Source: a virus
Lineage: Duplodnaviria > Caudoviricetes
Length of the DNA: 56,804 nt
Reading direction: 5' to 3' (one strand)
Virus record (IMG/VR): IMGVR_UViG_3300032240_000220
Span: 1-56,804 of that record
Positions within the stretch are counted from its first letter, which is position 1; every line of letters starts with the position of its first letter. Shown in pieces: positions 1 to 8,169 of this stretch. The position numbers were made by a program, and so were the translations under genes. The notes beneath the pieces were generated by a model. The model was given only the letters and a program-made list of their open reading frames with translations. It did no database searches and had not been told where the DNA came from.

Positions 1-123
1 CGGTAAGGTCAAAGATCAACGCAAGGGTTGCGAACGCCATTAAAACGCACCAGCAAATTTGAAACTCAGTTAGTTCTTCTGTTTTCATATTTCCTCCACA
101 GTTATGCGGTACTGCTTGCCAAA
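1..123. repeat. Terminal direct repeat, copy 1 (circular assembly overlap)
   Basis: cggtaaggtcaaag...actgcttgccaaa is identical to 56682-56804. Confidence 0.97.
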
Positions 124-354
124 ACGGTCTTCTACCTCGATGGTCTTCTTAGTGGACTTGAAAGAACCATCCTCTGTCAAGTCATATTTTGGCTTGCTTA
201 CGCTTGAGAGTAGGCGCTCTTCGTCGTTGGCTTTGAGGTTTTTAGTGATCAATCCAGCAATGTAGTCACAGTAGGCAATGATGCCTTTGGTCTTGAAAGC
301 TGGGTTGCTGAAGAAGGTTTGGACAATCTCGTCCATGGTTTGAAAGTGATTCAT
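85..354 (-). CDS. Hypothetical phage protein
   Basis: 89-aa ORF with AAGGA RBS; its stop overlaps (ATGA) the next ORF, which crosses the origin. Confidence 0.75.
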   Translation of the reverse strand: MNHFQTMDEIVQTFFSNPAFKTKGIIAYCDYIAGLITKNLKANDEERLLSSVSKPKYDLTEDGSFKSTKKTIEVEDRFGKQYRITVEEI

Positions 355-364
355 GTTGGTTCCT

Positions 365-571
365 TTATGGATTTAAAAATGTGTTGTCTCTGACGGATTC
401 ATAAATACCTAACAATGCAATGTATTCCCCATAAGCTAGAACACGATCAAAGTCTGTTCTGTCCTTAATTTGGTTTGTCCCGTTGGTAGTAACAAATCCC
501 CACATGGTTTCCATCTTGGAGATTTGGTTCTCCAATTCGTTGATTAGGTTTTCTTTGCTGAAGCGAATCAT
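365..571 (-). CDS. Hypothetical phage protein
   Basis: 68-aa ORF with AGGAG RBS, tight operon packing. Confidence 0.7.
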   Translation of the reverse strand: MIRFSKENLINELENQISKMETMWGFVTTNGTNQIKDRTDFDRVLAYGEYIALLGIYESVRDNTFLNP

Positions 572-583
572 GTTGTGCTCCTG

Positions 584-808
584 TTAATAATCTTCGCCAG
601 CGCGGGCTGGTTGTGCACCCAAAAACTCAGGGTTATATGGCGCGTTTTGTTGCCATGTGATGGGTTGCTCTTGAGCAATTTGTTCGTTGGTAGCGTCAAT
701 GGCTAGGCGGATACGGTCAAGGCGTTCCCAGTCGCCTTCCGCAAAGCAGAGTTTTTCCTCAATTTGTAACGCCATCAAATGTTGTTGGAATTTGTAAAGT
801 TTGCTCAT
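584..808 (-). CDS. Hypothetical phage protein
   Basis: 74-aa ORF with AAGGGGA RBS. Confidence 0.7.
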   Translation of the reverse strand: MSKLYKFQQHLMALQIEEKLCFAEGDWERLDRIRLAIDATNEQIAQEQPITWQQNAPYNPEFLGAQPARAGEDY

Positions 809-818
809 ACCGTTCCCC

Positions 819-1136
819 TTATGCTGTTGGAGAGACTTTGATCACGGCGCTAGATGCACCACGGAATTGCTCAGCTTGCTCGGCAGTGATGCCAAAGTGC
901 GCGCACAGAGCGTCGAGGTCGATAGAACCTTTGCGGTTCTCGATAGTGACGCGAACACCGTACTTCTCGCCACGATGCTTGCCTTCGCCAAAGGTGTTAG
1001 AAATACCGTCCTTGAGCACTTTGCACTGTGCAGTAAGGTCTTTGACCTGACGATCCAACACAGCAAGTGTGTCGATGTCGTTGGTGATGGACTCGACTGT
1101 TGCGAGAGCTTGGATAGTTGCTTGTACATCTGTCAT
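819..1136 (-). CDS. Hypothetical phage protein (N-terminal coiled coil)
   Basis: 105-aa ORF with AAGGA RBS, first gene after the putative promoter. Confidence 0.75.
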   Translation of the reverse strand: MTDVQATIQALATVESITNDIDTLAVLDRQVKDLTAQCKVLKDGISNTFGEGKHRGEKYGVRVTIENRKGSIDLDALCAHFGITAEQAEQFRGASSAVIKVSPTA

Positions 1137-1182
1137 ATATTTCCTTTAGGTTATCGTTCCCGCAAATTGGTGCGGTAAAGAA

Positions 1183-1218
1183 ATTATAAGAGAAAATTTA
1201 AACATTCAACACTGTCAA
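1183..1218 (-). promoter_or_regulatory. Putative sigma70-type early promoter
   Basis: Perfect TATAAT (1183-1188, minus) with TTGAAT (1204-1209, 15-bp spacer) and TTGACA (1213-1218) upstream, in an AT-rich intergenic gap. Confidence 0.5.
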
Positions 1219-1275
1219 CAATTATTTTTCTAAGGAAAACCCTAATACGCCACCATCATTTAAATACATCTGTTT

Positions 1276-1551
1276 TCATTTCTCTGCCATGATGTAATCA
1301 ATGACGTTTTCCACCGTCTTGTTGAGGGCATCGATCTCATCCATCTTGGCAATAGCCCATGCGCGCTTTTCACCGTGCCAACCCATCTTGCTTCCCTGAT
1401 GGCAGGACTTGCACAGAGCTACCACTGTGTACTGCCTGTGTTGTTTGACGTGATGCGCATCGCTTGGGGCAGACGCTCCACATACAGAGCAGGGCAGGAG
1501 CTTGACTAGCCCTACGTAGGATCGCTCCTTTGCTGTGAGTGTGTTGTTCAC
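1276..1551 (-). CDS. Zn-binding HNH-like protein (Ref/DUF968-like)
   Basis: CSVC...AHHV...LCKSCHQG motif. Confidence 0.65.
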   Translation of the reverse strand: MNNTLTAKERSYVGLVKLLPCSVCGASAPSDAHHVKQHRQYTVVALCKSCHQGSKMGWHGEKRAWAIAKMDEIDALNKTVENVIDYIMAEK

Positions 1552-1886
1552 AGAGTCGCTCCTTCAATCCGCCGATTGCTAGCCTCCTGAGAGCGCCATA
1601 CGTTGATACGCTCCTGAGCGGCGATCATCATCCAGCGCGCCTCCTCTCGCATCCTTACAGCCTCTTTAAGAGCGCCTAGATGCGCCTTGTACTTCTCAGA
1701 CCTGTAGGCTTCTCTCTCTTGAATAGCGGCGGTCTTGTGACCTATGTCCTCCGCCTCCTTCATGCACTCAGCCTTGATGGTCTTGCGCATCTCCTCCATA
1801 TAGACCTTGTTGCTTTCAGCTTCTGCATACTCCTTGGAGTTGTCGATCAAGAAGTCGACCGCGGTTTGTGGATCGTAATCTCTCAT
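1548..1886 (-). CDS. Conserved helical phage protein
   Basis: 112-aa ORF with overlapping start/stop on both sides; ends in WRSQEASNR. Confidence 0.7.
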   Translation of the reverse strand: MRDYDPQTAVDFLIDNSKEYAEAESNKVYMEEMRKTIKAECMKEAEDIGHKTAAIQEREAYRSEKYKAHLGALKEAVRMREEARWMMIAAQERINVWRSQEASNRRIEGATL

Positions 1887-2284
1887 ATCGCCTCCACTCG
1901 TCCGTCACGGTAAAACAGCGTGTCACCGCGCCTGCTTGGGCATTTGAAGTGGTCGTCACCAGAGGTGCGTACTGATGGTTTCAATGTGTCTATACCGTCA
2001 TAAGTACCAACTGGCACAAATTTAGCTGAGTTAGGTAATTTAATTTTAATAATTCCAAGGTACAAAAGCAAGTCTTTGCCTGCTTCTGTAATTTTGTAAT
2101 GCGACTGGTCACGGTGTACGTACCCACCGTTGGTCAAGGGCATGATGATGTGCTCGTTAAAGCGAGGCATAGATGAAGTGAAGTCAATCTTTTTCTTTAG
2201 CTCTGATTCAGTCATCGGGACAAATCCCAAAACATTTAATGCCTGATGGATCTTTGAGTTCTTTACAAATTTTGACGGGTTCAT
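1883..2284 (-). CDS. Hypothetical protein, possible winged HTH (start revised to MNPSKF)
   Basis: ATG at 2284 overlaps the RusA stop and follows an AGGAG RBS; YKITEAGKD resembles a wHTH wing. Confidence 0.6.
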   Translation of the reverse strand: MNPSKFVKNSKIHQALNVLGFVPMTESELKKKIDFTSSMPRFNEHIIMPLTNGGYVHRDQSHYKITEAGKDLLLYLGIIKIKLPNSAKFVPVGTYDGIDTLKPSVRTSGDDHFKCPSRRGDTLFYRDGRVEAI

Positions 2285-2643
2285 TTGGTCTCCTGAATTT
2301 CTACAAGTAATTTTGCAGTTGCTTTGGTTCCAGCTACACGACGGATTTCGATAGGCTGGAAGAGTTTGTCGTTCACCATTAAGGCGTCTGACAAGCCGTC
2401 TAACGCGGCTTTGGATGCGGCGAGGCAGTTGTCTGCATCCCGCATTCTTTTGTCTGGCATGATGTAAGTGAGCTTGAGGTGTATCTCCCCTCCATCGTGC
2501 TTCCATCCCTTAAGTTGGCTTTTGGCTAACCAAGTAGATGACTCTCGGTAATCGGATTTAATTTGGTACAGCGTCCCCCAGTGCTTGCCTGCCGCCCTGT
2601 TGGGGAAGAGTTGCATCGGTGGGAAGTCAAGTTGTATTTTCAT
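2281..2643 (-). CDS. rusA: RusA-family Holliday junction resolvase
   Basis: PDKRMRDADN...KAALDGL...NDK catalytic Asp motif, 120 aa. Confidence 0.85.
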   Translation of the reverse strand: MKIQLDFPPMQLFPNRAAGKHWGTLYQIKSDYRESSTWLAKSQLKGWKHDGGEIHLKLTYIMPDKRMRDADNCLAASKAALDGLSDALMVNDKLFQPIEIRRVAGTKATAKLLVEIQETK

Positions 2644-2821
2644 TCTCTGCTTTCAATTCATTAATTCGTTTTCTTACGTCAGCGCCTAATTTAATCCACA
2701 TCCTTGACTTGTCCTTCTCCATCTCCATGACCATGTGCCTTGCGTGATCGATTGATCCCTTGTGCATAGCCATTTGTGCGTAGTGCTCAATGATCTTTTT
2801 GTATCGCTCTTCAAGGCTCAT
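2627..2821 (-). CDS. Hypothetical protein
   Basis: 64-aa ORF translationally coupled to its neighbours. Confidence 0.65.
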   Translation of the reverse strand: MSLEERYKKIIEHYAQMAMHKGSIDHARHMVMEMEKDKSRMWIKLGADVRKRINELKAENENTT

Positions 2822-3681
2822 GCGGACACCAGTTTCATTCCAAAGTTGTTTACTTCATTCGGTACGTAAATGCCTTCAACTTTTTGTAGTTTGTTTTTCT
2901 TGAATGCGCGGTAGTCAACATGATGATGCCATCGATTGAATCGCCAAACAACTTTGGCTACGTCTGGATGCAAGTCTTCAATCATTTGCGACTTTGGAAG
3001 CGTTCCTTCTTTGGCATAGAACTCGTCGGTGTTTCCGCCCTTCATCTTCTGGGTGGTTGACTTCTCTTGCAAGAATGCGTTGAACTGCACAGTGCAGAGG
3101 CCAGCCTTGAGCACGCGCAGAGATAGGTCTGTGTCCTCGTTGTAGCGTCCACGCCAGCGCATGGGCAGGCTGTTATCAATGAGTAAACAGGAGTAGATGC
3201 GGGTGTTAAGCACAAAGGGAGGGATTTGCTCCTTGGCTTTGGCAAAGAAGTCGTAGTTAAAGCCTGCAATCGCGCAGTTGGTGTAGCGGTCGGCAAAGTC
3301 CTCAGCGACGCGGAAGATAGTGCCAGAAGTGACTTTGCACATGAGGTTGCGGTTGAGGCGGTTGAAGCTAGCGATGTTGTCGTCCATGACCCAGTGTCTA
3401 GCATGGGACAAGCTCACTGCGTGATCCCAGCAGAAGTTACGAGCCGCCCCGGGGCCTCTTCCCTTGTTGTCGCCTAGCTCGTCGCAGGTCTCATACTCCT
3501 TCAAGTATTTGGCAGGCAACACCAGCACCTTATCCGCTCCAACTGCCTGCGTGTATAGCTCGCGCTCGTGCTCCTCCACCACGATGTAGTAGGGCACGCT
3601 TATCTTGTCCAGCGCCTTGCTTGTCAGACGTGACTCCCACCGCCCTTTGGACACGATATAGATTGGATACTTAGGGTTCAT
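2818..3681 (-). CDS. TET/JBP-associated-type (GREB1-like, GT-A fold) glycosyltransferase; start revised to MNPKYPIY
   Basis: YPIYIVSKGR, GPGAARNF, HWVMDDN, IYSCLLI, RYNEDTDL and KGGNT motifs; ATG at 3681 overlaps the upstream stop. Confidence 0.8.
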   Translation of the reverse strand: MNPKYPIYIVSKGRWESRLTSKALDKISVPYYIVVEEHERELYTQAVGADKVLVLPAKYLKEYETCDELGDNKGRGPGAARNFCWDHAVSLSHARHWVMDDNIASFNRLNRNLMCKVTSGTIFRVAEDFADRYTNCAIAGFNYDFFAKAKEQIPPFVLNTRIYSCLLIDNSLPMRWRGRYNEDTDLSLRVLKAGLCTVQFNAFLQEKSTTQKMKGGNTDEFYAKEGTLPKSQMIEDLHPDVAKVVWRFNRWHHHVDYRAFKKNKLQKVEGIYVPNEVNNFGMKLVSA

Positions 3682-3916
3682 CGACGTACTTGTAAATTGA
3701 TGCTCTGCGTGGCTCCGCGTAGGGGAACCAAAGTGTTTTTTGTTTCTCAGTAATGCGCTGAGCCATGAGCTTCTCAAATTCAGCCACATCCTCAGCATTC
3801 CTGAAACGCACATTGATCACGCGGTAAGGGGTTAGGTCTTCCTGCACATACTCAGGCATGTTTTTCCATTCCTCGCGGAACGACTCCTCCAAGTCTTCAA
3901 ACAATTCTTTGGTCAT
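3671..3916 (-). CDS. Small conserved partner of the glycosyltransferase
   Basis: EWKNMPEY.QED...INVRF...D...F..L..Q.IT.K.K.LWFP pattern; overlaps the GT start. Confidence 0.7.
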   Translation of the reverse strand: MTKELFEDLEESFREEWKNMPEYVQEDLTPYRVINVRFRNAEDVAEFEKLMAQRITEKQKTLWFPYAEPRRASIYKYVDEP

Positions 3917-3917
3917 C

Positions 3918-4898
3918 TTAAAACTCCGAATAGAACTTCATCGGTGAGTCAGTTTCGTTTCCAAGGTACTGATTCGAGTCATTGTTAAACCATAAGGCGA
4001 TGCTTGGTTCATGGTCGCCGTTGCGTTGCTTCCTGCATAGCAGGCGTGCGTCTGGTTCTGTTTGGTGGTTGCTGTGCGCGCCTTTGATCTTCATGTCATC
4101 TTCTTTGCGCTTGTTTCTCCACACCATCATCACGTTGTCCACTTGGTCAGTAATAGAGCCTGAGCCTTTGTTGTCGTGCTTGTCAGGGACTTCGTTCTCG
4201 TCCTTGGGTTTGCGCAGGTGATGGACTAAGTGGATATGAACTCCGTAGTCACGCGCTATCGCTGTAATGGTGTCCACAAAATACTTCTGACCGTTGTAAT
4301 CGTCTTCACCCTTGACGCACTTCATCAGCGAGTCAATGAAAACATGTTGGATGCCTAGCTCGCTCGCGCAATACTTGACCATGCCAAGGACGGTCTCTGT
4401 GTCAGCGCTACCTTGCTGGTCGTAGAACCACATCCACTTCTCAATCCAACTGCCAAACTCGTCGTACAGGTCAAACAAAGTCTTGCGTCCTCCATCGCCC
4501 TCGAATGCTTCATGGTATGGATTCATGCCGATGTACTGGCGAACCATGCGCTTTAGGGTGGTGGCTGGCTTCATTTCAAAGCTAGCGATGCAAACCTTCT
4601 GGTCTTGACCGATGAGAGCTAGCGCAATCTGGCTTGTCATCATGGACTTGCCGTGACCGTTCTGTCCTGACCAAAGCGTGACCTCGCCTGCGCGAAAGTC
4701 AAACAATGGGTGAGTCTTGACCCATGGCAGATAAACCTTCTTTTTGGCAGGCGCTTCGGTCAAATCGTCCTTGATCTCCTCGATCCACTCCTTAGCTGGG
4801 CGGACTTTTGACTGCGCTTCAGTCATCGCCAAGTAGGCGGAAAAGTCAATGTCATCAGGAACGTAGTTAATAATTTGGTGCATACCATTCATCCTCAA
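3918..4898 (-). CDS. DnaB/T7 gp4-like SF4 replicative helicase
   Basis: Walker A SGQNGHGKS, SFEM, Walker B VFIDSL, HLVHHLRK, KGSGSITDQVDNV, KQRNG; true start may be a few codons downstream. Confidence 0.9.
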   Translation of the reverse strand: MRMNGMHQIINYVPDDIDFSAYLAMTEAQSKVRPAKEWIEEIKDDLTEAPAKKKVYLPWVKTHPLFDFRAGEVTLWSGQNGHGKSMMTSQIALALIGQDQKVCIASFEMKPATTLKRMVRQYIGMNPYHEAFEGDGGRKTLFDLYDEFGSWIEKWMWFYDQQGSADTETVLGMVKYCASELGIQHVFIDSLMKCVKGEDDYNGQKYFVDTITAIARDYGVHIHLVHHLRKPKDENEVPDKHDNKGSGSITDQVDNVMMVWRNKRKEDDMKIKGAHSNHQTEPDARLLCRKQRNGDHEPSIALWFNNDSNQYLGNETDSPMKFYSEF

Positions 4899-5229
4899 TA
4901 ATTTTGTCGAAGTTAGTCCGTCTGTCGTAGAAGCGGAACCAGTTGCGTTTAGGGGACTCAGACCAGCCAGATGCCACGATCTCTACGCCAGCACGCTTAG
5001 ATGCTTCAAAAAAGCCCTTGGCGCGCTCCAAAGTGCGTGCCTCTATGTTGACCCTCAGACCAACAAGAAAACGCAAATCAGCGCGTTCTGGGCGGTCGTC
5101 GTAGATAGAAACCTCTGGGGAGTCAGTTGGTTCGCGCCACTTAGTCGACAGTGGACGGTCAACCAAGAAGACGAGTTCAGGCTTGAGACCTTGTAGTCTC
5201 ATCTCGATTAGCTCTTTGTGACCACGCAT
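4867..5229 (-). CDS. Hypothetical protein between initiator and helicase
   Basis: 120-aa ORF with TGATG coupling to the upstream gene. Confidence 0.7.
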   Translation of the reverse strand: MRGHKELIEMRLQGLKPELVFLVDRPLSTKWREPTDSPEVSIYDDRPERADLRFLVGLRVNIEARTLERAKGFFEASKRAGVEIVASGWSESPKRNWFRFYDRRTNFDKIIEDEWYAPNY

Positions 5230-5912
5230 CAGATGTCTCCAGCAAACGGGCTTACAGCCACATCCTCTTGCGTTTCATCTTCCCAGCATCGCTGGTTTAA
5301 CCAAGTAGCAGGGTTCTTGACAAATCCCTCCTTGACCTTCTTGGATAACTTGTACTTGCCAACAGCGATTGTTATCAATCCTCTCAGTCTGGCATCAGGT
5401 TTGATCTTCTTCCAAGATTTGTAGGCTTCACCCTTGCCTGTCTTCTGTGGATAAAAATCCCAAAACTCTTCAAACTCTTGTGTATATAACTGGTTATTGG
5501 TTTTGGTTATTGGTTCTTGGTTGGCTTTCGAGTGGGTTGCCTCTGGGATGCCACTGGCTACCGACTGGGAACCCACTGGGTTTACATCCGCATGTTTATT
5601 GGCTTTGGGGCGTCCACCAAGTTTGCCGTTCCTGCGGTTTTTCTCTGCCATTTCGTGATAGTCGGCAATCACTTGATCACACTTAAGGTGCTTCCATCCC
5701 TTTTCTGTCTCAACAAAGTAGTCTTTTAAAACCGAGGTTAAGGTGTCGGTTCCCACTCGCAACCGTCTGGCAACCCAATGGGTTTCCAGTGGGATGTATT
5801 GCTCAGTGTCGTAATACATTTCCAGCAGGCGACGGTATGCCAAGTCCTCTTCGTTGGACAAATGCATCGTGGCTGACTTGTAGTCACCGATGTGATGAGG
5901 GTAGTAATGCAT
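5229..5912 (-). CDS. DUF1376/YdaU-family phage replication initiator
   Basis: MHYYPHHIGDY...HLSNEEDLAYRRLLEMYY, NGKLGGRP, C-terminal FEEFW..YP.K..K..A and PATWLNQRCWED. Confidence 0.85.
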   Translation of the reverse strand: MHYYPHHIGDYKSATMHLSNEEDLAYRRLLEMYYDTEQYIPLETHWVARRLRVGTDTLTSVLKDYFVETEKGWKHLKCDQVIADYHEMAEKNRRNGKLGGRPKANKHADVNPVGSQSVASGIPEATHSKANQEPITKTNNQLYTQEFEEFWDFYPQKTGKGEAYKSWKKIKPDARLRGLITIAVGKYKLSKKVKEGFVKNPATWLNQRCWEDETQEDVAVSPFAGDI

Positions 5913-5942
5913 GAAGTTTTACCTTTTTCCAGCACCTTTGAA

Positions 5943-6011
5943 GGAAGTTTCGGCAGGGGAAGGTGTAACCCTCTTCGGGCTGGGGAGCTACCCCAGTCCT
6001 AGCCGTCTTCC
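5943..6011 (-). ncRNA. Candidate structured leader RNA (three-way junction) upstream of the initiator
   Basis: Nested pairings GGAAG/CUUCC, CGGC-AGG/CCU-GCCG, CUGGGG/CCCCAG and a second inner hairpin. Confidence 0.5.
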
Positions 6012-6019
6012 AAACCATG

Positions 6020-6223
6020 TTACACCAAAAACAGATCACCTCGCAACTCTTCTTTGGTGACCAATCCTTGTGTAGCTTTTTCAATCTTCAGTGCTAGCTT
6101 TGGAGAAGCCTGCACCTTCCCGTAAATCAACTGAGACATCCAGACTTGGGTGATCCCAAGATACTCTGCCATCTCCTTGCGTGACCCATGGGGTTCTGTT
6201 TTGAAATACTCTTCTAGCGTCAT
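6020..6223 (-). CDS. Cro-like/YdaS-like HTH regulator (start revised to MTLEEY)
   Basis: MAEYLGITQVWMSQL HTH, ALKIEKATQGLVTKEELR.D signature, position upstream of the initiator. Confidence 0.85.
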   Translation of the reverse strand: MTLEEYFKTEPHGSRKEMAEYLGITQVWMSQLIYGKVQASPKLALKIEKATQGLVTKEELRGDLFLV

Positions 6224-6345
6224 CTTGGCATTGTACATAAATAAATTATTTAAGAATACCCCTGTAAATTACTCCAGATTTAAATATTTTATTAAATTGT
6301 GGTCTAATTCTTTTGCGTCGATACGACGATCTTCAAAGGAAAGTA
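6224..6345. promoter_or_regulatory. AT-rich divergent control region
   Basis: Very AT-rich non-coding gap at the switch between the minus and plus operons. Confidence 0.6.
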
Positions 6346-6630
6346 ATGACAATAAATTCAGTTCAACAGCCTGATCAGCCTACAACGATCACCCCCAAAG
6401 GCGCTACGCCAATAAGCACCAGCACAGGTGTTTTGATAGGCGTCTACTACAACCCTAGCCAACAACAAGACGTTACCGCAGAAGAAGAATTCTGGCGAGC
6501 GGTATTGCTTGACAACCCCAAAGTATACGTACTTAGCCGATTTGATTTAATCGTTGGCGCTGTACTTCTTGTTGGTGTTATTTGTTTGTTTGCATCCATC
6601 TTCACCATTACTTGGACGTATTCGTCATGA
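6346..6630 (+). CDS. Hypothetical membrane protein (start revised to MTINSV)
   Basis: AAGGA RBS before ATG 6346; C-terminal hydrophobic helix. Confidence 0.65.
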   Translation: MTINSVQQPDQPTTITPKGATPISTSTGVLIGVYYNPSQQQDVTAEEEFWRAVLLDNPKVYVLSRFDLIVGAVLLVGVICLFASIFTITWTYSS

Positions 6631-6839
6631 CACCATTAAAAGCAATCTGGTTCTCAGGTGGCAAAGGAACCATCGGCATTGTCCGAGCCGAGTCAGATCA
6701 AGGAGAGATCGGTTACTACATAGGTACTGGAGACGGTATGCATGAAGTGATTGATGTCAACAACATAGCCGCCCTTGGGGCGAGGTTTCCAGACAACGCT
6801 GGAGATTTATTGTTCAACATAAAAAAGGGTAAAAAATGA
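6627..6839 (+). CDS. Hypothetical protein (start revised to MTPLK)
   Basis: ATGA overlap with the previous stop. Confidence 0.65.
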   Translation: MTPLKAIWFSGGKGTIGIVRAESDQGEIGYYIGTGDGMHEVIDVNNIAALGARFPDNAGDLLFNIKKGKK

Positions 6840-7000
6840 AAATGAAAGATAGCACCGAACACGAAGAGTGGAAGAGAGACAAAAAAGAACAAGAGGAATA
6901 TGAACTTTGGAGGATAGAGCAAGACATTAAACAGATACCAACCCATTTACAACAATCTTTTAAACAAATTTTTGGAGAGAAAAATGAGCTTTTACGTTGA
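6836..7000 (+). CDS. Small hypothetical protein, 54 aa (not in ORF track)
   Basis: Hand-translated MKMKDSTEHEEWKRDKKEQEEYELWR...ELLR; ATGA coupling; fills the operon gap. Confidence 0.55.
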   Translation: MKMKDSTEHEEWKRDKKEQEEYELWRIEQDIKQIPTHLQQSFKQIFGEKNELLR

Positions 7001-7619
7001 AGATACAGGAACAACATTTGCACCAGTTCCAGCAGGTCTACACCTAGCACGTTGCTACCGAGTCATTGACTTAGGTACGCAGGAAACTAACTACGAAGGT
7101 AAGCGCGACTTCAAGCGCCAGCTAAAAATTGTCTGGGAAGTTCATGGCAATGATGACGACGGTAACGCCATCGTGACTGGCAAAGGCGAGCCAATGATCG
7201 TTACCAAAGACTACAACATGACTTGGAACGACAAGGGAACCCTACGCAAAGACCTGCAAGCATGGCGCGGTAAAGCCTTCACAGAGGAAGAGCAAAAGCG
7301 CTTTGACATCAAATCCATCCTAGACAAGTGGTGCATGTTAAACATTGCTCACAAGCCTAAGAAGACAGGTTCTGGTGTCTACGCTAACGTGGTTGGAATT
7401 ACCCCAGTTGTAGCCGCTTTAAAGAACTCCTTGCCCAAGGGACACAACCAGTGTGGAATCTTCATGCTTGGTGAACCTGACATGGAAATGTTTGAGACTT
7501 TTGGCAAGTACCTCAAGGAAACTATTCAGAAGGCTCCAGAGTGGAAAGCAGTTCAAGATCGTCCGAAGCATGAGCCTGCTGGCGCTTTTGACGACATGGA
7601 AGATGATCGCCCATTCTGA
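6984..7619 (+). CDS. Putative ssDNA-binding protein
   Basis: PAGLHLARCYRVIDLGTQ N-terminus, SSB-like acidic tail DDMEDDRPF, GGAG RBS. Confidence 0.7.
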   Translation: MSFYVEDTGTTFAPVPAGLHLARCYRVIDLGTQETNYEGKRDFKRQLKIVWEVHGNDDDGNAIVTGKGEPMIVTKDYNMTWNDKGTLRKDLQAWRGKAFTEEEQKRFDIKSILDKWCMLNIAHKPKKTGSGVYANVVGITPVVAALKNSLPKGHNQCGIFMLGEPDMEMFETFGKYLKETIQKAPEWKAVQDRPKHEPAGAFDDMEDDRPF

Positions 7620-7621
7620 TT

Positions 7622-7831
7622 ATGGAAGCACATCTTGACATTATCTTGAAGTGCTTGCGCAACCATGGTGCGCTTGGCAAAGATGGGATTTCTAGGGCTA
7701 CTGGTTTAGATGTAAATCAGTGCTCTAGAGCGCTTCCTATTTTGCAACGTCAGGGCTTGGTTGAATTAACAGGTAAAACTGTTATGTCTGACTCTAAGCG
7801 CCCTGAACGTGAGTGGAGGGCTGTGACATGA
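7622..7831 (+). CDS. Small winged-HTH protein
   Basis: ISRATGLDVNQCSRAL..L...GLVELTG. Confidence 0.65.
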   Translation: MEAHLDIILKCLRNHGALGKDGISRATGLDVNQCSRALPILQRQGLVELTGKTVMSDSKRPEREWRAVT

Positions 7832-8169
7832 GTCAGTTAGACATGTTTAATGAGCCTCCTAAACCACGCAGGCACTACGGCTCAATTCCATTAGCAAGAA
7901 ACACTGACCCTGAGACAAGCAGACAAGCTTACAAATATCTTGACACCAACAAGATTGAGAAAGAAGTTTGCTGGGCAATTGCACAGTTCCCAGAAGGGTG
8001 CATTTATGACGATGTGGTGGCTCTCTTGCCCCATCGCCGTGTACACAGCATTCAACCTAGATTTGCGCCTTTGTTGCGTAAGAGGTTTATTGTTTTGACT
8101 GGAGAGTCACGTTTTGGTCGCGCTGGACGTAAACAGCGAGTTTTTAAAATCAACAAGGAAAGATTATGA
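7828..8169 (+). CDS. HTH-like hypothetical protein
   Basis: ARNTDPETS..A and SIQPRFAPL motifs; GGAGG RBS. Confidence 0.6.
   Translation: MSQLDMFNEPPKPRRHYGSIPLARNTDPETSRQAYKYLDTNKIEKEVCWAIAQFPEGCIYDDVVALLPHRRVHSIQPRFAPLLRKRFIVLTGESRFGRAGRKQRVFKINKERL

Noticed and set aside
1-123. 123-bp repeat as a biological T7-like terminal repeat
   Set aside because: It falls within coding sequence and has the size of an assembler overlap; the physical ends cannot be inferred from it
5943-6011. tRNA gene
   Set aside because: Only two inner arms, no TTCGA T-loop, no anticodon arm, no CCA end
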